DNA from: an uncultured Melioribacter sp.
Lineage (GTDB): Bacteria > Bacteroidota > Ignavibacteria > Kapaibacteriales > Kapaibacteriaceae
Reading direction: 5' to 3'
Length of the DNA stretch: 64,000 nt
Assembly (NCBI GenBank): GCA_964465685.1
Contig: CAYXKK010000004.1
Location: 24,697-88,696, forward strand
How positions within the stretch are numbered: position 1 is the stretch's first letter; the number at the start of each line of letters is the position of its first letter. The notes below the pieces were generated by a model. That model saw nothing but the letters and a program-made list of their open reading frames with translations. It was not told the origin of the DNA and made no database searches. Positions 1 through 12,481 of this stretch are shown here, in pieces. A program made the position numbers and the translations under genes.

Positions 1-408
1 ATGCAACACTGGTCCGAATGCCGATGTCTCGTTCGACGAGCCCATCGCGAATTCGTCCATGTTTGTCTTACCGATGCAGATCGCACCCGCGTCGATCAAC
101 CGCTCGATGACGGTTGCATTGAACAGCGGTTGGAACCCCTCCAGCATGCGCGATGCGCACGTTGTTGGGAGCCCCTTGACATGAATGTTGTCTTTCACAC
201 CGATGATCATGCCTTCGAGCGGACGTTGCAGTCCGGAGGCATAGCGCTCATCAGCCTCGAGAGCATGACGGCGCGCGCCATCTGTGTCGACTGCGAGGAA
301 CGCATTGAGGTCAGACTGTGCAGCAATACGCGAAAGGACTCCGTCAACGGAATCGGTAACGGATGAAGTGCCTGATGCAAATGCGGTGCGTGTGTTGGTA
401 AACGTCAT
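1..408 (-). CDS. gatA: Glu-tRNA(Gln) amidotransferase subunit A, N-terminal ~136 aa (gene continues past the window start). Own minus-strand translation reads MTFTNTRTAFASGTSSVTDS...GVKDNIHVKGLPTTCASRMLEGFQPLFNATVIERLIDAGAICIGKTNMDEFAMGSSNETSAFGPV
   Basis: Amidase-signature N-terminus (KDNI..G..TT..S..L..F.P.F.ATV...L...GA...GKTNMDEFAMGSS). The ATG at 406-408 overlaps the upstream tat stop as ATGA. The ORF track missed it because it runs off the window edge. Confidence 0.8.
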   Translation of the reverse strand, partial: MTFTNTRTAFASGTSSVTDSVDGVLSRIAAQSDLNAFLAVDTDGARRHALEADERYASGLQRPLEGMIIGVKDNIHVKGLPTTCASRMLEGFQPLFNATVIERLIDAGAICIGKTNMDEFAMGSSNETSAFGPVLH

Positions 409-731
409 GTCGGTTGTGATGCGTCCTGTGAGAGTTGGTCGTCGTCGGCCTGCTCCGTGGATGTGTCTACCACGCGTGATGGTGGCTGTGCAGCAACAAT
501 CTCAGAGGCTGGGGTGTAGCTTGGTGCAGGGGGCGTAGCATGCTCCGTCTGCTCCACCGAAATTTCGGCAGAGATGTCGCGTATCTGTTGCTTGAGATCT
601 TCTTGTGCGCGGCGGAACTGGCGAATACCTTTGCCCACCTGTTGCGCTACTTCGGGGATCTTCTTCGGACCGAACAACAAAATCACGACGAGCACGATGA
701 GCAGAAGCTCGCCACCACCGACGTCAAACAT
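405..731 (-). CDS. tatB: Twin-arginine translocase subunit (TatA/TatB-like, ~108 aa); start taken at the internal MFDVGGGELLLIVLVVILLFGPKKIPEV
   Basis: Typical Tat N-terminal TM helix plus amphipathic helix (GxxELLLI..LLFGPKKIP), followed by an acidic/Pro-rich tail. Sits immediately downstream of a second tatA-like gene. Confidence 0.75.
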   Translation of the reverse strand: MFDVGGGELLLIVLVVILLFGPKKIPEVAQQVGKGIRQFRRAQEDLKQQIRDISAEISVEQTEHATPPAPSYTPASEIVAAQPPSRVVDTSTEQADDDQLSQDASQPT

Positions 732-732
732 C

Positions 733-921
733 TTAGTTCGCGCCGTCGCCGTTTGTTGGGCGCTTGTCGGATGAATCGTCACCCTTTCCAGACGCTGCGT
801 CCTTGAACTCACGTACACCGGAACCGAGTCCGCGCATGAGATCAGGAATCTTCTTCGCACCGAAGAGCAGAACGATCACAAGAGCAATGATGATGATCTC
901 GGTTGTTCCAAGATTAGGCAT
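733..921 (-). CDS. tatA: Twin-arginine translocase subunit TatA/E (62 aa)
   Basis: [40 protein letters not shown] is the canonical TatA motif. Confidence 0.85.
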   Translation of the reverse strand: MPNLGTTEIIIIALVIVLLFGAKKIPDLMRGLGSGVREFKDAASGKGDDSSDKRPTNGDGAN

Positions 922-939
922 GTCGACCTCCGTGTACGA

Positions 940-1635
940 TCAACGTGAAGAAAGTTCGAGTGCAAGGCTTGCAAACACACTTGCGCCATCGGTTGAGCCA
1001 AGCAACGGATCGCAAGCGCGTTCCGGGTGCGGCATTAAGCCCATGACGTTGCCACGTGTGTTGGTGATCCCTGCGATATTGTTGATGCTCCCGTTCGGGT
1101 TCGCATCTGCCGACAATGTACCGTCGGCTGTTGCGTAGCGGTAGAGCACCTGATTGTTTGCTTCGATTTCATCGATCACGTCGGCCGGCGCTGTAAAGCG
1201 TCCTTCGCCGTGCGCAATCGGAATACGCAAAACGCTACCTGTAGAGAGCGCGCGTGTAAATGGCGTGTTGGTGCGTTCCACGCGAAGGTATACATCCTTG
1301 CATACGAAGGACAGACCTTCATTACGGATTAATGCGCCCGGCAATAGACCCGACTCGCACAGAATTTGGAATCCGTTGCAAATGCCGAAGACAATGCCAC
1401 CATCGTTGGCAAAGGCGATCACTGACTGCATGATGGGCGAGAAGCGGGCGATGGCGCCAGTGCGCAGATAATCGCCGTACGAAAACCCACCGGGCAGAAT
1501 CACCGCGTCGAGTCCGCTCGGCAGTGATGTGTCCTTGTGCCACAAGCGCACAGCGGTGTTGCCGGTGAATGTTACCCCAAACTCCGCATCAGCATTGCAA
1601 TTCGAACCGGGAAAGGTTACAACACCGATCTTCAT
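940..1635 (-). CDS. purQ: Phosphoribosylformylglycinamidine synthase subunit PurQ (glutamine amidotransferase)
   Basis: MKIGVVTFPGSNCNADAEF...GICNGFQIL...HGEGRF...MPHPER are class-I GATase and PurQ hallmarks. Start chosen at MKIGVV, which overlaps the purS stop as ATGA. Confidence 0.9.
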   Translation of the reverse strand: MKIGVVTFPGSNCNADAEFGVTFTGNTAVRLWHKDTSLPSGLDAVILPGGFSYGDYLRTGAIARFSPIMQSVIAFANDGGIVFGICNGFQILCESGLLPGALIRNEGLSFVCKDVYLRVERTNTPFTRALSTGSVLRIPIAHGEGRFTAPADVIDEIEANNQVLYRYATADGTLSADANPNGSINNIAGITNTRGNVMGLMPHPERACDPLLGSTDGASVFASLALELSSR

Positions 1636-1904
1636 GCCGATGCTCCTGCGGCCTTCTCGGCGATGTCGATGTGTACGTCTTCCATCACAGGATTCGCAAG
1701 TAGCTTCGCACATGCTTCTTGCACAGTTGCGTGCGCTGACTCAAGATCTGGCGCTTGTACATCGAGTTCGATGTGCTTGCCGATCCGAACGTTCGTCATG
1801 CCTTGCATGTGAAGCGAGTGAAGCGCGTTTTCGACTGCCTTGCCTTGCACGTCAAGGATTGCGCGACGGAGTGATACGATGATCGATGCGGTGTAGGTCT
1901 TCAT
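1632..1904 (-). CDS. purS: Phosphoribosylformylglycinamidine synthase subunit PurS
   Basis: About 90 aa starting MKTYTASIIVSLRRAILDVQGKAVENAL, the PurS fold signature. Translationally coupled to purQ. Confidence 0.85.
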   Translation of the reverse strand: MKTYTASIIVSLRRAILDVQGKAVENALHSLHMQGMTNVRIGKHIELDVQAPDLESAHATVQEACAKLLANPVMEDVHIDIAEKAAGASA

Positions 1905-1908
1905 GCGG

Positions 1909-2670
1909 TTACATGGTAAAAGGATCTGGATCATCTTCCTCGATCGAGTCGTCACGTTCTGATCGGTCGCGCAGGAACACAACGAGGTGTCGAAGCGCGC
2001 CGCCAATCACGTACAGCATCATAAACGGGAAGAGCGCCTTGCCGCCGGTGACTACCGAAGCGACGAGAGCAACGAAAAATACGGAAAAGACGACGGGCCG
2101 CTGGCGAAGACTCTTCAGCGATGGACGCGGGATGTTGTCGTACTTGATTGTGCTTACCATTGCGAGTGCCGTCAGAACCGTTACTGCAACAGTCGCAGCA
2201 GGCTTCCACTCCGCAGGGAGCACATCCGATGGTAACCACAGAGCCAGGTAGGAGACGATCACAAACGCGCCGGCAGGGATCGGCATTCCGCGGAAGTACA
2301 GCTTGTCTTCCATGCTGGTGAGTTGCACGTTGAACCGCGCCAGACGCAGCACGCCGGCGAGAGCGGGGAGTGACGCCAGGAGAAGTCCCCACTGGTGCCA
2401 GTCGTGGAACATAGCCTGATACAGCATCGCTGATGGCGCAACGCCAAACGAAACGGCATCGCAGAGGGAGTCGAGCTCAACGCCGAACTCGGACGTACTG
2501 CGGGTAATGCGTGCGACCACGCCATCGAGCATATCGAACACTCCCGCGGTCACGATCAGCAGTGCGGCACGGTCGAGGTGTCCCTCAAAGCATGCCACGA
2601 TCGCAGCAAACCCACAAAACAGGTTCGCCAGCGTAAAGAGGTTCGGAATGACCGATCGTGTGACGCGCAT
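1909..2670 (-). CDS. pssA: CDP-diacylglycerol--serine O-phosphatidyltransferase
   Basis: CDP-alcohol phosphatidyltransferase motif DxxDGxxAR...G...D..cD (FDMLDGVVARITRSTSEFGVELDSLCD) in a multi-TM protein, immediately upstream of psd. Confidence 0.85.
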   Translation of the reverse strand: MRVTRSVIPNLFTLANLFCGFAAIVACFEGHLDRAALLIVTAGVFDMLDGVVARITRSTSEFGVELDSLCDAVSFGVAPSAMLYQAMFHDWHQWGLLLASLPALAGVLRLARFNVQLTSMEDKLYFRGMPIPAGAFVIVSYLALWLPSDVLPAEWKPAATVAVTVLTALAMVSTIKYDNIPRPSLKSLRQRPVVFSVFFVALVASVVTGGKALFPFMMLYVIGGALRHLVVFLRDRSERDDSIEEDDPDPFTM

Positions 2671-2679
2671 GGAGGCCCC

Positions 2680-3342
2680 TTACCCCTTCAACCGGGCAAG
2701 GATGGTGTGTGAGCTGCGAACGACATCGCCGGGGCGCACACAAACTTCGGCGGTGGCAGGCACGGTAACGTCCATGCGGGAGCCAAATTTCATCATGCCG
2801 AACCGCTCGCCAACACGTGCGGTATCGCCCGTCTTGGTGTCGTACACGATACGCCGGGCCAGAAAGCCCGTGATTTGCTGATACGAGATCCGTCCAGCCG
2901 GGGTGTCGAGCACAAAGATCGAGCGCTCGTTTTCGGTGCTCGACTTCGGGTTAAACGCCATCAGGTACTTCCCAGGGATGTACCGTGCCTCGACAATAGT
3001 GCCGCTGGCCGGGTAGCGGTTAACGTGCAGGTTGACCGGCGACAGGAAAATGCTGATCTGGACCGCTGGCCCACCCAGTTCCGGACTGTGCGCTACGGGG
3101 TCTACATTCACCACCTTGCCGTCGGAAGGGGCCATGATGAGGGCCGGATTCGTCGCTGCTTCTGTGAGAAGGGGGCGCTCAGCGTCGCGGAAGAACCACA
3201 ATGTGAAGGCAATCACCAGCATCCCAAGCGCAACGCTCAGTCCTTGCAACGCAACGTGCATCGGAGTGAGTGCGAGCAACAGGAGGCATGCGCCGATGCC
3301 CAACATCAAAAAAGCGTTATCGCGACCGTAAGGAGTGATCAT
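2680..3342 (-). CDS. psd: Phosphatidylserine decarboxylase proenzyme
   Basis: Short-form Psd with FGSRMDV / GS(T) cleavage region (MMKFGSRMDVTVP) and an N-terminal TM segment. Confidence 0.9.
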   Translation of the reverse strand: MITPYGRDNAFLMLGIGACLLLLALTPMHVALQGLSVALGMLVIAFTLWFFRDAERPLLTEAATNPALIMAPSDGKVVNVDPVAHSPELGGPAVQISIFLSPVNLHVNRYPASGTIVEARYIPGKYLMAFNPKSSTENERSIFVLDTPAGRISYQQITGFLARRIVYDTKTGDTARVGERFGMMKFGSRMDVTVPATAEVCVRPGDVVRSSHTILARLKG

Positions 3343-3457
3343 GGATACAGAAGAAACAGCACGTTGAACGGTTGGTAGGCGATTCGATGGTTCGTAGATT
3401 CGCTAGTTCAAAAGTAGTGAATCCGCGCCTCCTGACCCTTTATTTGGCAATCCTCGC

Positions 3458-4579
3458 ATGAAGTTTACTGTTGCGCTTCCTGACCTCCAGAAGGCATTGC
3501 AAAAAGTGCTGCCGGCAATTCCGGCGAAGAGCACTATTCCTGTACTCGAACATATTCACGCCGCGTTGGACGGCAGTGAGCTGACGTTCACAGCGACCGA
3601 CCAGGAGATTACGATCTCGCTGCGTATTCCGGTTGCGGGAGAGATCGATGGAGCGCTGCTGATTCCAGCACGTCAGTTCCATGATCTTGTGAAAGAGCTT
3701 GGTAATGCAGGCACGATTGAAGTGCATGCTGACGAGGATTCGCAGCTGGTAACGGTGCGCACGCCTACAGGTTCGTTCGAGATGAAGGCTCTTGATGCAG
3801 CGGAGTTCCCAACGATCCCGCCGTTTCCGGACGCACAGATGGCATCGCTCCGCAAGGAAGACATGTCGCGCATGGCAAACAAAACAGTCTTTGCTGTGTC
3901 GACGGAAGAGTATCGTCCAAGCATGACTGGTGTGTTCTTCCAATTCAACGGCGACAACGTCACGGCGGTTGCTACAGATGGCTTTCGTCTCAGTCGTGTA
4001 ATTGTGAAGGCGGCTGACGGCGCAACGTTCCCATCGGGCCTTGAAGCAATTGTTCCGTCGCGCGCAGTAGATCTGCTGCGTCGTATCGATAGCGATGTCG
4101 AGATGGCTGTCTCGCGTACACACGCGCGCTTCTCCATCGGCTCGATGACGATAACGACGCGCATTATTGACGAGAAGTATCCTCCGTATCAGAACGTGAT
4201 TCCATCAGACAACGACAAGTCGCTTGTTGTGAATCAGCGTGAAGTCCTCAGTGCAATCAAGCGTGTGTCGCTGTTTGCAAACTCGAATACACGTCATGTG
4301 CGGTTCTCGATGGAATCGACCGTGTTGGCGGTGCATTCCGAGGATGAGGATTCGGGCGGTAAGGGTACAGAAACAATCCCTTGCGAATTCTCCGGCAAAA
4401 GCTTCGAGGTTGGGTTCAACTACCGTTTCCTCGAAGAAGCAATCAAGAATATTTCTGCCGATGATGATCCAGACCTCAACGTTCGGATGACGTTCTCGAC
4501 GCCTATTCGTGCGGTCTTGATCACGCCGGGCGCAGGCAACGACTCGCTGCTGATGCTTGTCATGCCTGTGAAGATCTAA
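3458..4579 (+). CDS. dnaN: DNA polymerase III beta sliding clamp
   Basis: 373 aa starting MKFTVALPDLQKALQKVLPAIPAKSTIPVLEHIH..., with three-domain clamp architecture. Sits upstream of recF. Confidence 0.95.
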   Translation: MKFTVALPDLQKALQKVLPAIPAKSTIPVLEHIHAALDGSELTFTATDQEITISLRIPVAGEIDGALLIPARQFHDLVKELGNAGTIEVHADEDSQLVTVRTPTGSFEMKALDAAEFPTIPPFPDAQMASLRKEDMSRMANKTVFAVSTEEYRPSMTGVFFQFNGDNVTAVATDGFRLSRVIVKAADGATFPSGLEAIVPSRAVDLLRRIDSDVEMAVSRTHARFSIGSMTITTRIIDEKYPPYQNVIPSDNDKSLVVNQREVLSAIKRVSLFANSNTRHVRFSMESTVLAVHSEDEDSGGKGTETIPCEFSGKSFEVGFNYRFLEEAIKNISADDDPDLNVRMTFSTPIRAVLITPGAGNDSLLMLVMPVKI

Positions 4580-4590
4580 CGGTATCACTG

Positions 4591-5796
4591 ATGGTTCTCC
4601 GCTCTGTCTCACTCACTGACGTGCGAAATCACGAGCACAGCGATGTGGTGTGCGCGCGCGACGTGAATGTACTGAGCGGACGAAATGGATCGGGAAAAAC
4701 GTCAGTGCTTGAAGCAATTAGCATGTGTTCGCTCGCAAAGAGCTTTGTACCGGTGACGGATCACGCATTGATTCGTCGCGGCGCGGAGCGTTGTGTGGCG
4801 CATGTCGACGCGATGCGCGACATGGACGTGCCGTACCGCGTGTCGGTGGCGGTGCAGCCGGGCGTACGCAAGCGCATCACTACGGCGCATGGATCGAACT
4901 TGACGCCACGTGATATCATTGGAGAGATTCCTGTGGTCGCGCTTTCGCCTGATCACAAGAGCATTACGCTTGGTGGTCCGGCAGAACGTCGCGCGTTTAT
5001 CGACGGTGTGATGGCGCAATCAAGCAAGCGGTACACCGAGTTGCTCTACGAACACCGTCGTCTGTTGAAGCAGCGCAATGCTGTGCTTCAATCGGGTGCT
5101 GGTGCGGCAATGCAGGCGAGCTTGGATGTATGGACCGAACAGTTTGTGATGGTGAGTGCAGAGATCGTGGAACGTCGCAGACAGTGGATCGCTGATGTCG
5201 CACCACGCGTGCGTGAAGCATATCAGGCTGTGTCAGGCGTAGACGAGATGATCGACATCGCCTACGAGCCTGATGTTTGTATGCAGGGGGCGTTGTCGCC
5301 TGATGCGGAATTCACGACAGCGAATATTGCAGAAGCATATCGTGCGCTTGCATCGCAACTGCGCATGCGTGAAATGTCCCGCGAGAGCACAATGTTTGGT
5401 CCGCAGAAAGACGAGATAGCATTTCATATCAATGGTGGTCTCGTTCGCGAGACAGCGTCACAAGGACAGCACAAATCGCTCTTAGTAGCATTGAAGCTCG
5501 CTGAGTGCGATGTGTTGCACGAGCATTGCTCTGAGCGTCCGGTTGTGTTGCTCGACGATGTGTTCAGCGAGCTTGATCGTGATCGTTGTGCGCGTGTCCT
5601 TGAGCGCATTGTTGCGATGGGGATGCAGTGTTTTGTGACGACGACTGATGGCGATGAAGTCGTGTCGATGATGGATCGACTGATGAATGTGCGCGGCGGA
5701 CGCGTGGATGTGCAGCTGATGCGTGTTGCTGATGGTCGGGTAGTGATTGACAGTGCCGCATCGTCTCGTCACGTACCTTCTGCGGAGGCTGCGTAA
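4591..5796 (+). CDS. recF: DNA replication and repair protein RecF
   Basis: N-terminal Walker A (LSGRNGSGKTSVLEAI) and C-terminal signature/Walker B (LLDDVFSELD). Confidence 0.95.
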   Translation: MVLRSVSLTDVRNHEHSDVVCARDVNVLSGRNGSGKTSVLEAISMCSLAKSFVPVTDHALIRRGAERCVAHVDAMRDMDVPYRVSVAVQPGVRKRITTAHGSNLTPRDIIGEIPVVALSPDHKSITLGGPAERRAFIDGVMAQSSKRYTELLYEHRRLLKQRNAVLQSGAGAAMQASLDVWTEQFVMVSAEIVERRRQWIADVAPRVREAYQAVSGVDEMIDIAYEPDVCMQGALSPDAEFTTANIAEAYRALASQLRMREMSRESTMFGPQKDEIAFHINGGLVRETASQGQHKSLLVALKLAECDVLHEHCSERPVVLLDDVFSELDRDRCARVLERIVAMGMQCFVTTTDGDEVVSMMDRLMNVRGGRVDVQLMRVADGRVVIDSAASSRHVPSAEAA

Positions 5797-5798
5797 CC

Positions 5799-8113
<2,315 letters not shown>

Positions 8114-8139
8114 GTTCCAATTCCGCTAACAACAACAAA

Positions 8140-8165
8140 CCCCAGGCGTCTGCACTCGCCTGGGG
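8140..8165 (+). terminator. Stem-loop downstream of gyrB (CCCCAGGCG-tctgcact-CGCCTGGGG)
   Basis: 9-bp perfect inverted repeat beginning 27 nt after the gyrB stop. No U-tract, so intrinsic-terminator status is uncertain. Confidence 0.45.
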
Positions 8166-8210
8166 TCGGATTGTAGGGGCAAGCCGAAGCTTAACCCCAT
8201 CATTATACCT

Positions 8211-8777
8211 GTGAATGCAGAAGAAGGCGAGATAGTTCCCGACACCCCAAGCGAGGGAGACCGTACAGTGGAGTTCGCAATTCGGCTGGCGTCCAGCGAC
8301 GATGTCGTGAAGATTCATGACGCGGCACGCGGCACCTGGGAGCCGACGTACCGGCATATCATCTCGCAGGAGCAGATCGCGATCATGTTCGAGGACCTGC
8401 TCAGTATCCCGGCAATCACACGTCAGATTGAGCAGAACGAGGGTACCTATGTCCTTGCCCTTGATGGCGACACCGTCGTCGGCTTTGCCTATGTCAACTG
8501 CTCGCCGGACGACCCGCAGCGATACAAGCTGCACAGACTCTATGTGCGACCCTCAACGCAGCGCGGCGGTGTGGGAAGGGCGCTGCTGGAATGGGTCGAA
8601 CGTTACGTGTTCGATCTTGGCGCAGACGAGCTCCTCCTCAACGTCAACCGGTACAACTCTGCGGTCGACTTCTACCAGAAGCTCGGGTATGAAATCATTG
8701 ATACCGTTGATCTTCCGTATCGTGAGTACTGGCTCAACGACTACGTGATGCGCAAACAAAAAAGGCGAGACTCGTAA
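8211..8777 (+). CDS. GNAT family N-acetyltransferase
   Basis: Acetyl-CoA binding motif RLYVRPSTQRGGVGRALLEWVE (Q/RxxGxG/A) and GNAT fold length. GTG start as called by the ORF track. Confidence 0.75.
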   Translation: MNAEEGEIVPDTPSEGDRTVEFAIRLASSDDVVKIHDAARGTWEPTYRHIISQEQIAIMFEDLLSIPAITRQIEQNEGTYVLALDGDTVVGFAYVNCSPDDPQRYKLHRLYVRPSTQRGGVGRALLEWVERYVFDLGADELLLNVNRYNSAVDFYQKLGYEIIDTVDLPYREYWLNDYVMRKQKRRDS

Positions 8778-8788
8778 GTCTCGCCTTC
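8763..8788. terminator. Bidirectional hairpin between convergent GNAT and ahcY genes (AGGCGAGAC-tcgtaa-GTCTCGCCT, flanked by A-run and T-rich tail)
   Basis: Perfect 9-bp stem, preceded by AAAAA and followed by TTCATTG. Sits between two convergent stop codons. Confidence 0.55.
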
Positions 8789-8807
8789 ATTGATATCGCT
8801 TGTTGGC

Positions 8808-10262
8808 TTAATAGCGGTAGTAGTCCGGCTTGTATGGCCCCTTGACTTCGACGCCAATGTACTTGGCTTGCTTGTCGTTGAGCACTTCGAGTTCCACGCC
8901 GATCTTCTTGAGGTGGAGGCGTGCAACCTTTTCGTCGAGCTTCTTAGGAAGCATGTAGACTTCGTTCTTGTAGGCCTTGTGGTTACTCCACAGCTCGAGC
9001 TGTGCGAGTACTTGGTTGGTGAATGAGTTCGACATCACAAATGATGGGTGACCCATTGCGCAGCCGAGGTTCACGAGACGGCCTTCAGCGAGAACGATCA
9101 CGTCCTTCTTGCCGATCGTATAGAGGTCGACCTGTGGCTTGATTTCGACCTTCGACTTGCCGTAGTTCTTATTGAGCCACGCCATATCGATTTCGTTGTC
9201 GAAGTGGCCGATGTTGCAGACAATGGCCTTGTCCTTCATCGCGCGGAAGTGCTTCTCCGAGATGATGTCGCAGTTGCCCGTTGCTGTTACAACGATGTCG
9301 GCTTCCTTGACTGCATCGATCATCTTCTTGACTTCAAATCCGTCCATTGCAGCTTGGAGTGCGCAGATCGGATCAATCTCCGTTACGATCACACGTACGC
9401 CAGCCCCTTGCAACGATGCAGCCGAGCCCTTGCCTACGTCGCCGTAGCCAGCAACAACAGCAACCTTACCAGCAAGCATCACGTCGGTTGCGCGACGGAT
9501 CGCGTCGACGAGTGATTCCTTACAGCCGTACTTGTTGTCGAACTTGCTCTTCGTGACCGAGTCGTTCACGTTGATGGCTGGCATTGGGAGTGTGCCATTC
9601 TTGACGCGCTCGTACAGACGGTGCACGCCTGTTGTTGTCTCTTCCGACAGACCGCGAATTGCTTCGACGAGTTCTGGGTACTTGTCGAGCACCATGTTCG
9701 TGAGGTCGCCACCGTCGTCAAGGATCATGTTGAGTGGCTTGCGATCCTTGCCAAAGAACAGGGTCTGCTCGATGCACCAATCGAATTCCTCTTCGTTCAT
9801 TCCCTTCCACGCAAACACCTGAATGCCCGCCTTTGCGATTGCAGCAGCTGCGTGGTCTTGCGTAGAGAAGATGTTGCAGCTCGACCATGTGACTTCTGCG
9901 CCGAGGTCGACGAGTGTCTCGATCAGCACTGCTGTCTGAATCGTCATGTGAAGGCAGCCTGCGATGCGAGCCCCCTTCAAAGGCTTCTTGCCCTTGTACT
10001 CTTGACGGAGCGACATCAGACCCGGCATCTCGACTTCAGCGAGACGGATCTCCTTGCGACCCCACTCGGCGAGGTCCATGTTCGCTACTGCGTACTGACC
10101 AGCCTTGTGTGCGATCTGACCCTTGGCAACGCGGCCTGGTGTCTTTAGTGCCTTCGACGCTGCTGAGCTCTTGCTCACACCGTTCTTGTGCACGCCATTC
10201 TTATGCACGCCGTTGGTCGACGCGATGGATGTGTTCTTCTTCTTGACGGTCGTTGTAGCCAT
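8808..10262 (-). CDS. ahcY: Adenosylhomocysteinase with an N-terminal Lys/Asn-rich extension containing HKNGV tandem repeats
   Basis: NAD-binding [10 protein letters not shown], catalytic regions, and the C-terminal KPDYYRY tail typical of bacterial SAH hydrolase. Start taken at MATTTVKKK, because the upstream part of the long ORF would overlap metK. Confidence 0.92.
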   Translation of the reverse strand: MATTTVKKKNTSIASTNGVHKNGVHKNGVSKSSAASKALKTPGRVAKGQIAHKAGQYAVANMDLAEWGRKEIRLAEVEMPGLMSLRQEYKGKKPLKGARIAGCLHMTIQTAVLIETLVDLGAEVTWSSCNIFSTQDHAAAAIAKAGIQVFAWKGMNEEEFDWCIEQTLFFGKDRKPLNMILDDGGDLTNMVLDKYPELVEAIRGLSEETTTGVHRLYERVKNGTLPMPAINVNDSVTKSKFDNKYGCKESLVDAIRRATDVMLAGKVAVVAGYGDVGKGSAASLQGAGVRVIVTEIDPICALQAAMDGFEVKKMIDAVKEADIVVTATGNCDIISEKHFRAMKDKAIVCNIGHFDNEIDMAWLNKNYGKSKVEIKPQVDLYTIGKKDVIVLAEGRLVNLGCAMGHPSFVMSNSFTNQVLAQLELWSNHKAYKNEVYMLPKKLDEKVARLHLKKIGVELEVLNDKQAKYIGVEVKGPYKPDYYRY

Positions 10263-10290
10263 ACGAGGTGTATTGGGAGTGAGAAAGTGA

Positions 10291-11433
10291 TCAGGCAAAG
10301 TTCTTTGTAAACACGTCACGGAGGTCAAGATGTTCCCATGGGAACTCATGACGTCCAAAATGACCATAGGCAGCCGTCGGACGGTAGATCGGACGGCGGA
10401 GATTGAGGCGCTTGATGATGCCAGCTGGCGTAAGGTCGATTTCCTTCCAGATGAAGGATTCGAGCTCCCGCTCGTTGACAGCCGATGTGCCATGCATGTT
10501 CACGTTAATCGATACTGGCTGGGCCACGCCGATGGCGTATGCCAGCTGGATCGTGCACTCGCGTGCAATGCCTGCGGCAACAATGTTCTTGGCGAGGTGG
10601 CGTGCTGCATAGGCAGCCGACCGGTCGACCTTCGTTGGATCCTTGCCCGAGAACGCACCGCCACCGTGTGGTGCGCGACCTCCGTAGGTATCAACGATGA
10701 TTTTACGACCTGTCAGGCCTGTGTCGCCGTGCGGTCCGCCGATTTCAAACACGCCCGTTGGGTTTACGTGATACTTGGTTTCGGCTGTGATGAGGTGCTC
10801 AGGAATGACTGCCTTGACCACATTCTCGATCACGTCTTCCGTGATGCGTGCCTGTGCATTGTTCATTGGGTCGTGCTGAGTCGACACCACGATGGTATCT
10901 ACGCTCACAACTTCGCCGTTGTCTCCATACACCACTGAAACTTGCGCCTTGGCATCCGGACGGAGGTACGGCATCAGGGCCGATTCGTTCTTCCGAATGT
11001 CGGCCAAGCGCTTAACAAGCTTATGCGAGAGGTGAATAGCCGTTGGCATGTACTCGTCGTTTTCGTTCGACGCATAGCCGAACATCATGCCTTGGTCGCC
11101 AGCACCACCTGTGTCAACGCCGGCAGCGATATCAGGTGATTGGCTGTTGATCACGTTCAGCACGGCGCATGAGTCTGCTTCGAAGCGGTACTCGCCGCGA
11201 TCGTAGCCGATCTCGCGAATAACCTTGCGCACGAGCTTTGGTAGATCGATGTAATGTGATGTCGTGATCTCGCCACCTACAACGATCATACCTGTTGTTG
11301 CAAAGCATTCGCATGCTACGCGTCCAGTTGGATCGTTGGCAAGAACTTCATCGAGGACGGCATCAGATACCTGATCGCAAACCTTGTCGGGATGTCCTTC
11401 GGATACCGACTCTGAGGTGAAGATGTACTGCAT
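10291..11433 (-). CDS. metK: S-adenosylmethionine synthetase
   Basis: [28 protein letters not shown] and [10 protein letters not shown] motifs. Confidence 0.96.
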   Translation of the reverse strand: MQYIFTSESVSEGHPDKVCDQVSDAVLDEVLANDPTGRVACECFATTGMIVVGGEITTSHYIDLPKLVRKVIREIGYDRGEYRFEADSCAVLNVINSQSPDIAAGVDTGGAGDQGMMFGYASNENDEYMPTAIHLSHKLVKRLADIRKNESALMPYLRPDAKAQVSVVYGDNGEVVSVDTIVVSTQHDPMNNAQARITEDVIENVVKAVIPEHLITAETKYHVNPTGVFEIGGPHGDTGLTGRKIIVDTYGGRAPHGGGAFSGKDPTKVDRSAAYAARHLAKNIVAAGIARECTIQLAYAIGVAQPVSINVNMHGTSAVNERELESFIWKEIDLTPAGIIKRLNLRRPIYRPTAAYGHFGRHEFPWEHLDLRDVFTKNFA

Positions 11434-11470
11434 GAAACCGGAGAAATGTGATGGAGCGAGAATTGTTCTG

Positions 11471-12460
11471 TTACTGGGAAAGGCGGACGATTGATGCGTC
11501 GCCGATATTGATCGATGAGAAGCGACCCGTCACCTCGGCGTTTTCGCCGATGATCGACTGATCGAGTGCAATGTCCGATACCGTTGCTGCATCACTGATG
11601 ATGCTGTCGCGCACAATAGCATTGCGTACAACAGCGCCCTTCGAGATCGACGCGTAGGGTCCGATTACAGAGTGCTCAACGATTGCTGTTGGATCTACAT
11701 GAACAGGGGGCACAAACACACAGCCTTGTGGCGCTGTCGGCATTGCGTTGCGCTTGGTAAGCAGGAATCGATTTGTCTGCAAGAGTGTTTCTGGCTTGCC
11801 GCAATCGTACCATCCGTCAACTGAGAACGTTGTGAACTTCTCGCCGCGATCAACCATAAGCTGTAGCGCATCGGTGAGTTGATACTCGCCCTTCGTGCGC
11901 AGATCATTCGTGATGAGTGTTTCAAGAGCGTTGCGCAACTCGACTGGACGGCTGATGTAGTAGAGCCCGACGATTGCCATGTTCGATACTGGTGTTTCCG
12001 GCTTTTCGACGAGGCGGCTTACAAAGCCCCCTTCTTCAATCACCACACCGAAGCGACGTGGATCGTCGACGTACTTCACACCAAGCGACGAAAACTGTCG
12101 TGACGAAAGCACCGACAGATCAACGTCGAACACCGTATCGCCGAGAATGATCAGTACCGGTGCTTCACCCAGTGATTCACGCGCACACCAGATCGCATGG
12201 CCAAGACCAAGCATCTCGTCTTGCTCAACAAATGTCACATCGAGTGTGTAGTTCGATGTCACATAATCTTCAACGAGTTCGCCCTTGTATCCCGTAATGA
12301 TGGTTGCACTCGTTACGCCTTGTGCAACGAGTGTATCGAGGATATGACCCAAGATTGGCTTGCCCGCAACGTTCACCAACACCTTTGGCAACGTGTGTGT
12401 GAAGGGGCGAAGTCGGGTGCCGATACCGGCTACGGGGATGATGGCGTGCATGGTCGGCAA
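11471..12460 (-). CDS. Sugar-phosphate nucleotidyltransferase (glucose-1-phosphate thymidylyl/uridylyl-transferase family) with a C-terminal left-handed beta-helix domain
   Basis: N-terminal [22 protein letters not shown] (GxGxRL nucleotidyltransferase loop). Hexapeptide repeats in the C-terminal third. Confidence 0.75.
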   Translation of the reverse strand: MPTMHAIIPVAGIGTRLRPFTHTLPKVLVNVAGKPILGHILDTLVAQGVTSATIITGYKGELVEDYVTSNYTLDVTFVEQDEMLGLGHAIWCARESLGEAPVLIILGDTVFDVDLSVLSSRQFSSLGVKYVDDPRRFGVVIEEGGFVSRLVEKPETPVSNMAIVGLYYISRPVELRNALETLITNDLRTKGEYQLTDALQLMVDRGEKFTTFSVDGWYDCGKPETLLQTNRFLLTKRNAMPTAPQGCVFVPPVHVDPTAIVEHSVIGPYASISKGAVVRNAIVRDSIISDAATVSDIALDQSIIGENAEVTGRFSSINIGDASIVRLSQ

Positions 12461-12481
12461 AGATACGGGGCGCAGGCCGAT

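Noticed and set aside
1-538. Plus-strand ORFs 1..366 and 284..538 from the six-frame track
   Set aside because: They are antisense to a convincing minus-strand GatA N-terminus whose ATG overlaps the tat stop. No motif support on the plus strand.
3343-3457. Possible oriC or DnaA-box cluster upstream of dnaN
   Set aside because: Only 115 bp, and no convincing TTATCCACA-like boxes (a lone TGGATACA is insufficient). dnaA is not adjacent.
9621-10148. Plus-strand 175-aa ORF and neighbours (9048..9515, 9914..10246)
   Set aside because: Antisense to the strongly supported ahcY coding region. This is the high-GC antisense ORF artefact.
10263-11470. SAM or SAH riboswitch upstream of metK or ahcY
   Set aside because: Intergenic spaces are only 28-37 nt, too short to hold a riboswitch aptamer.
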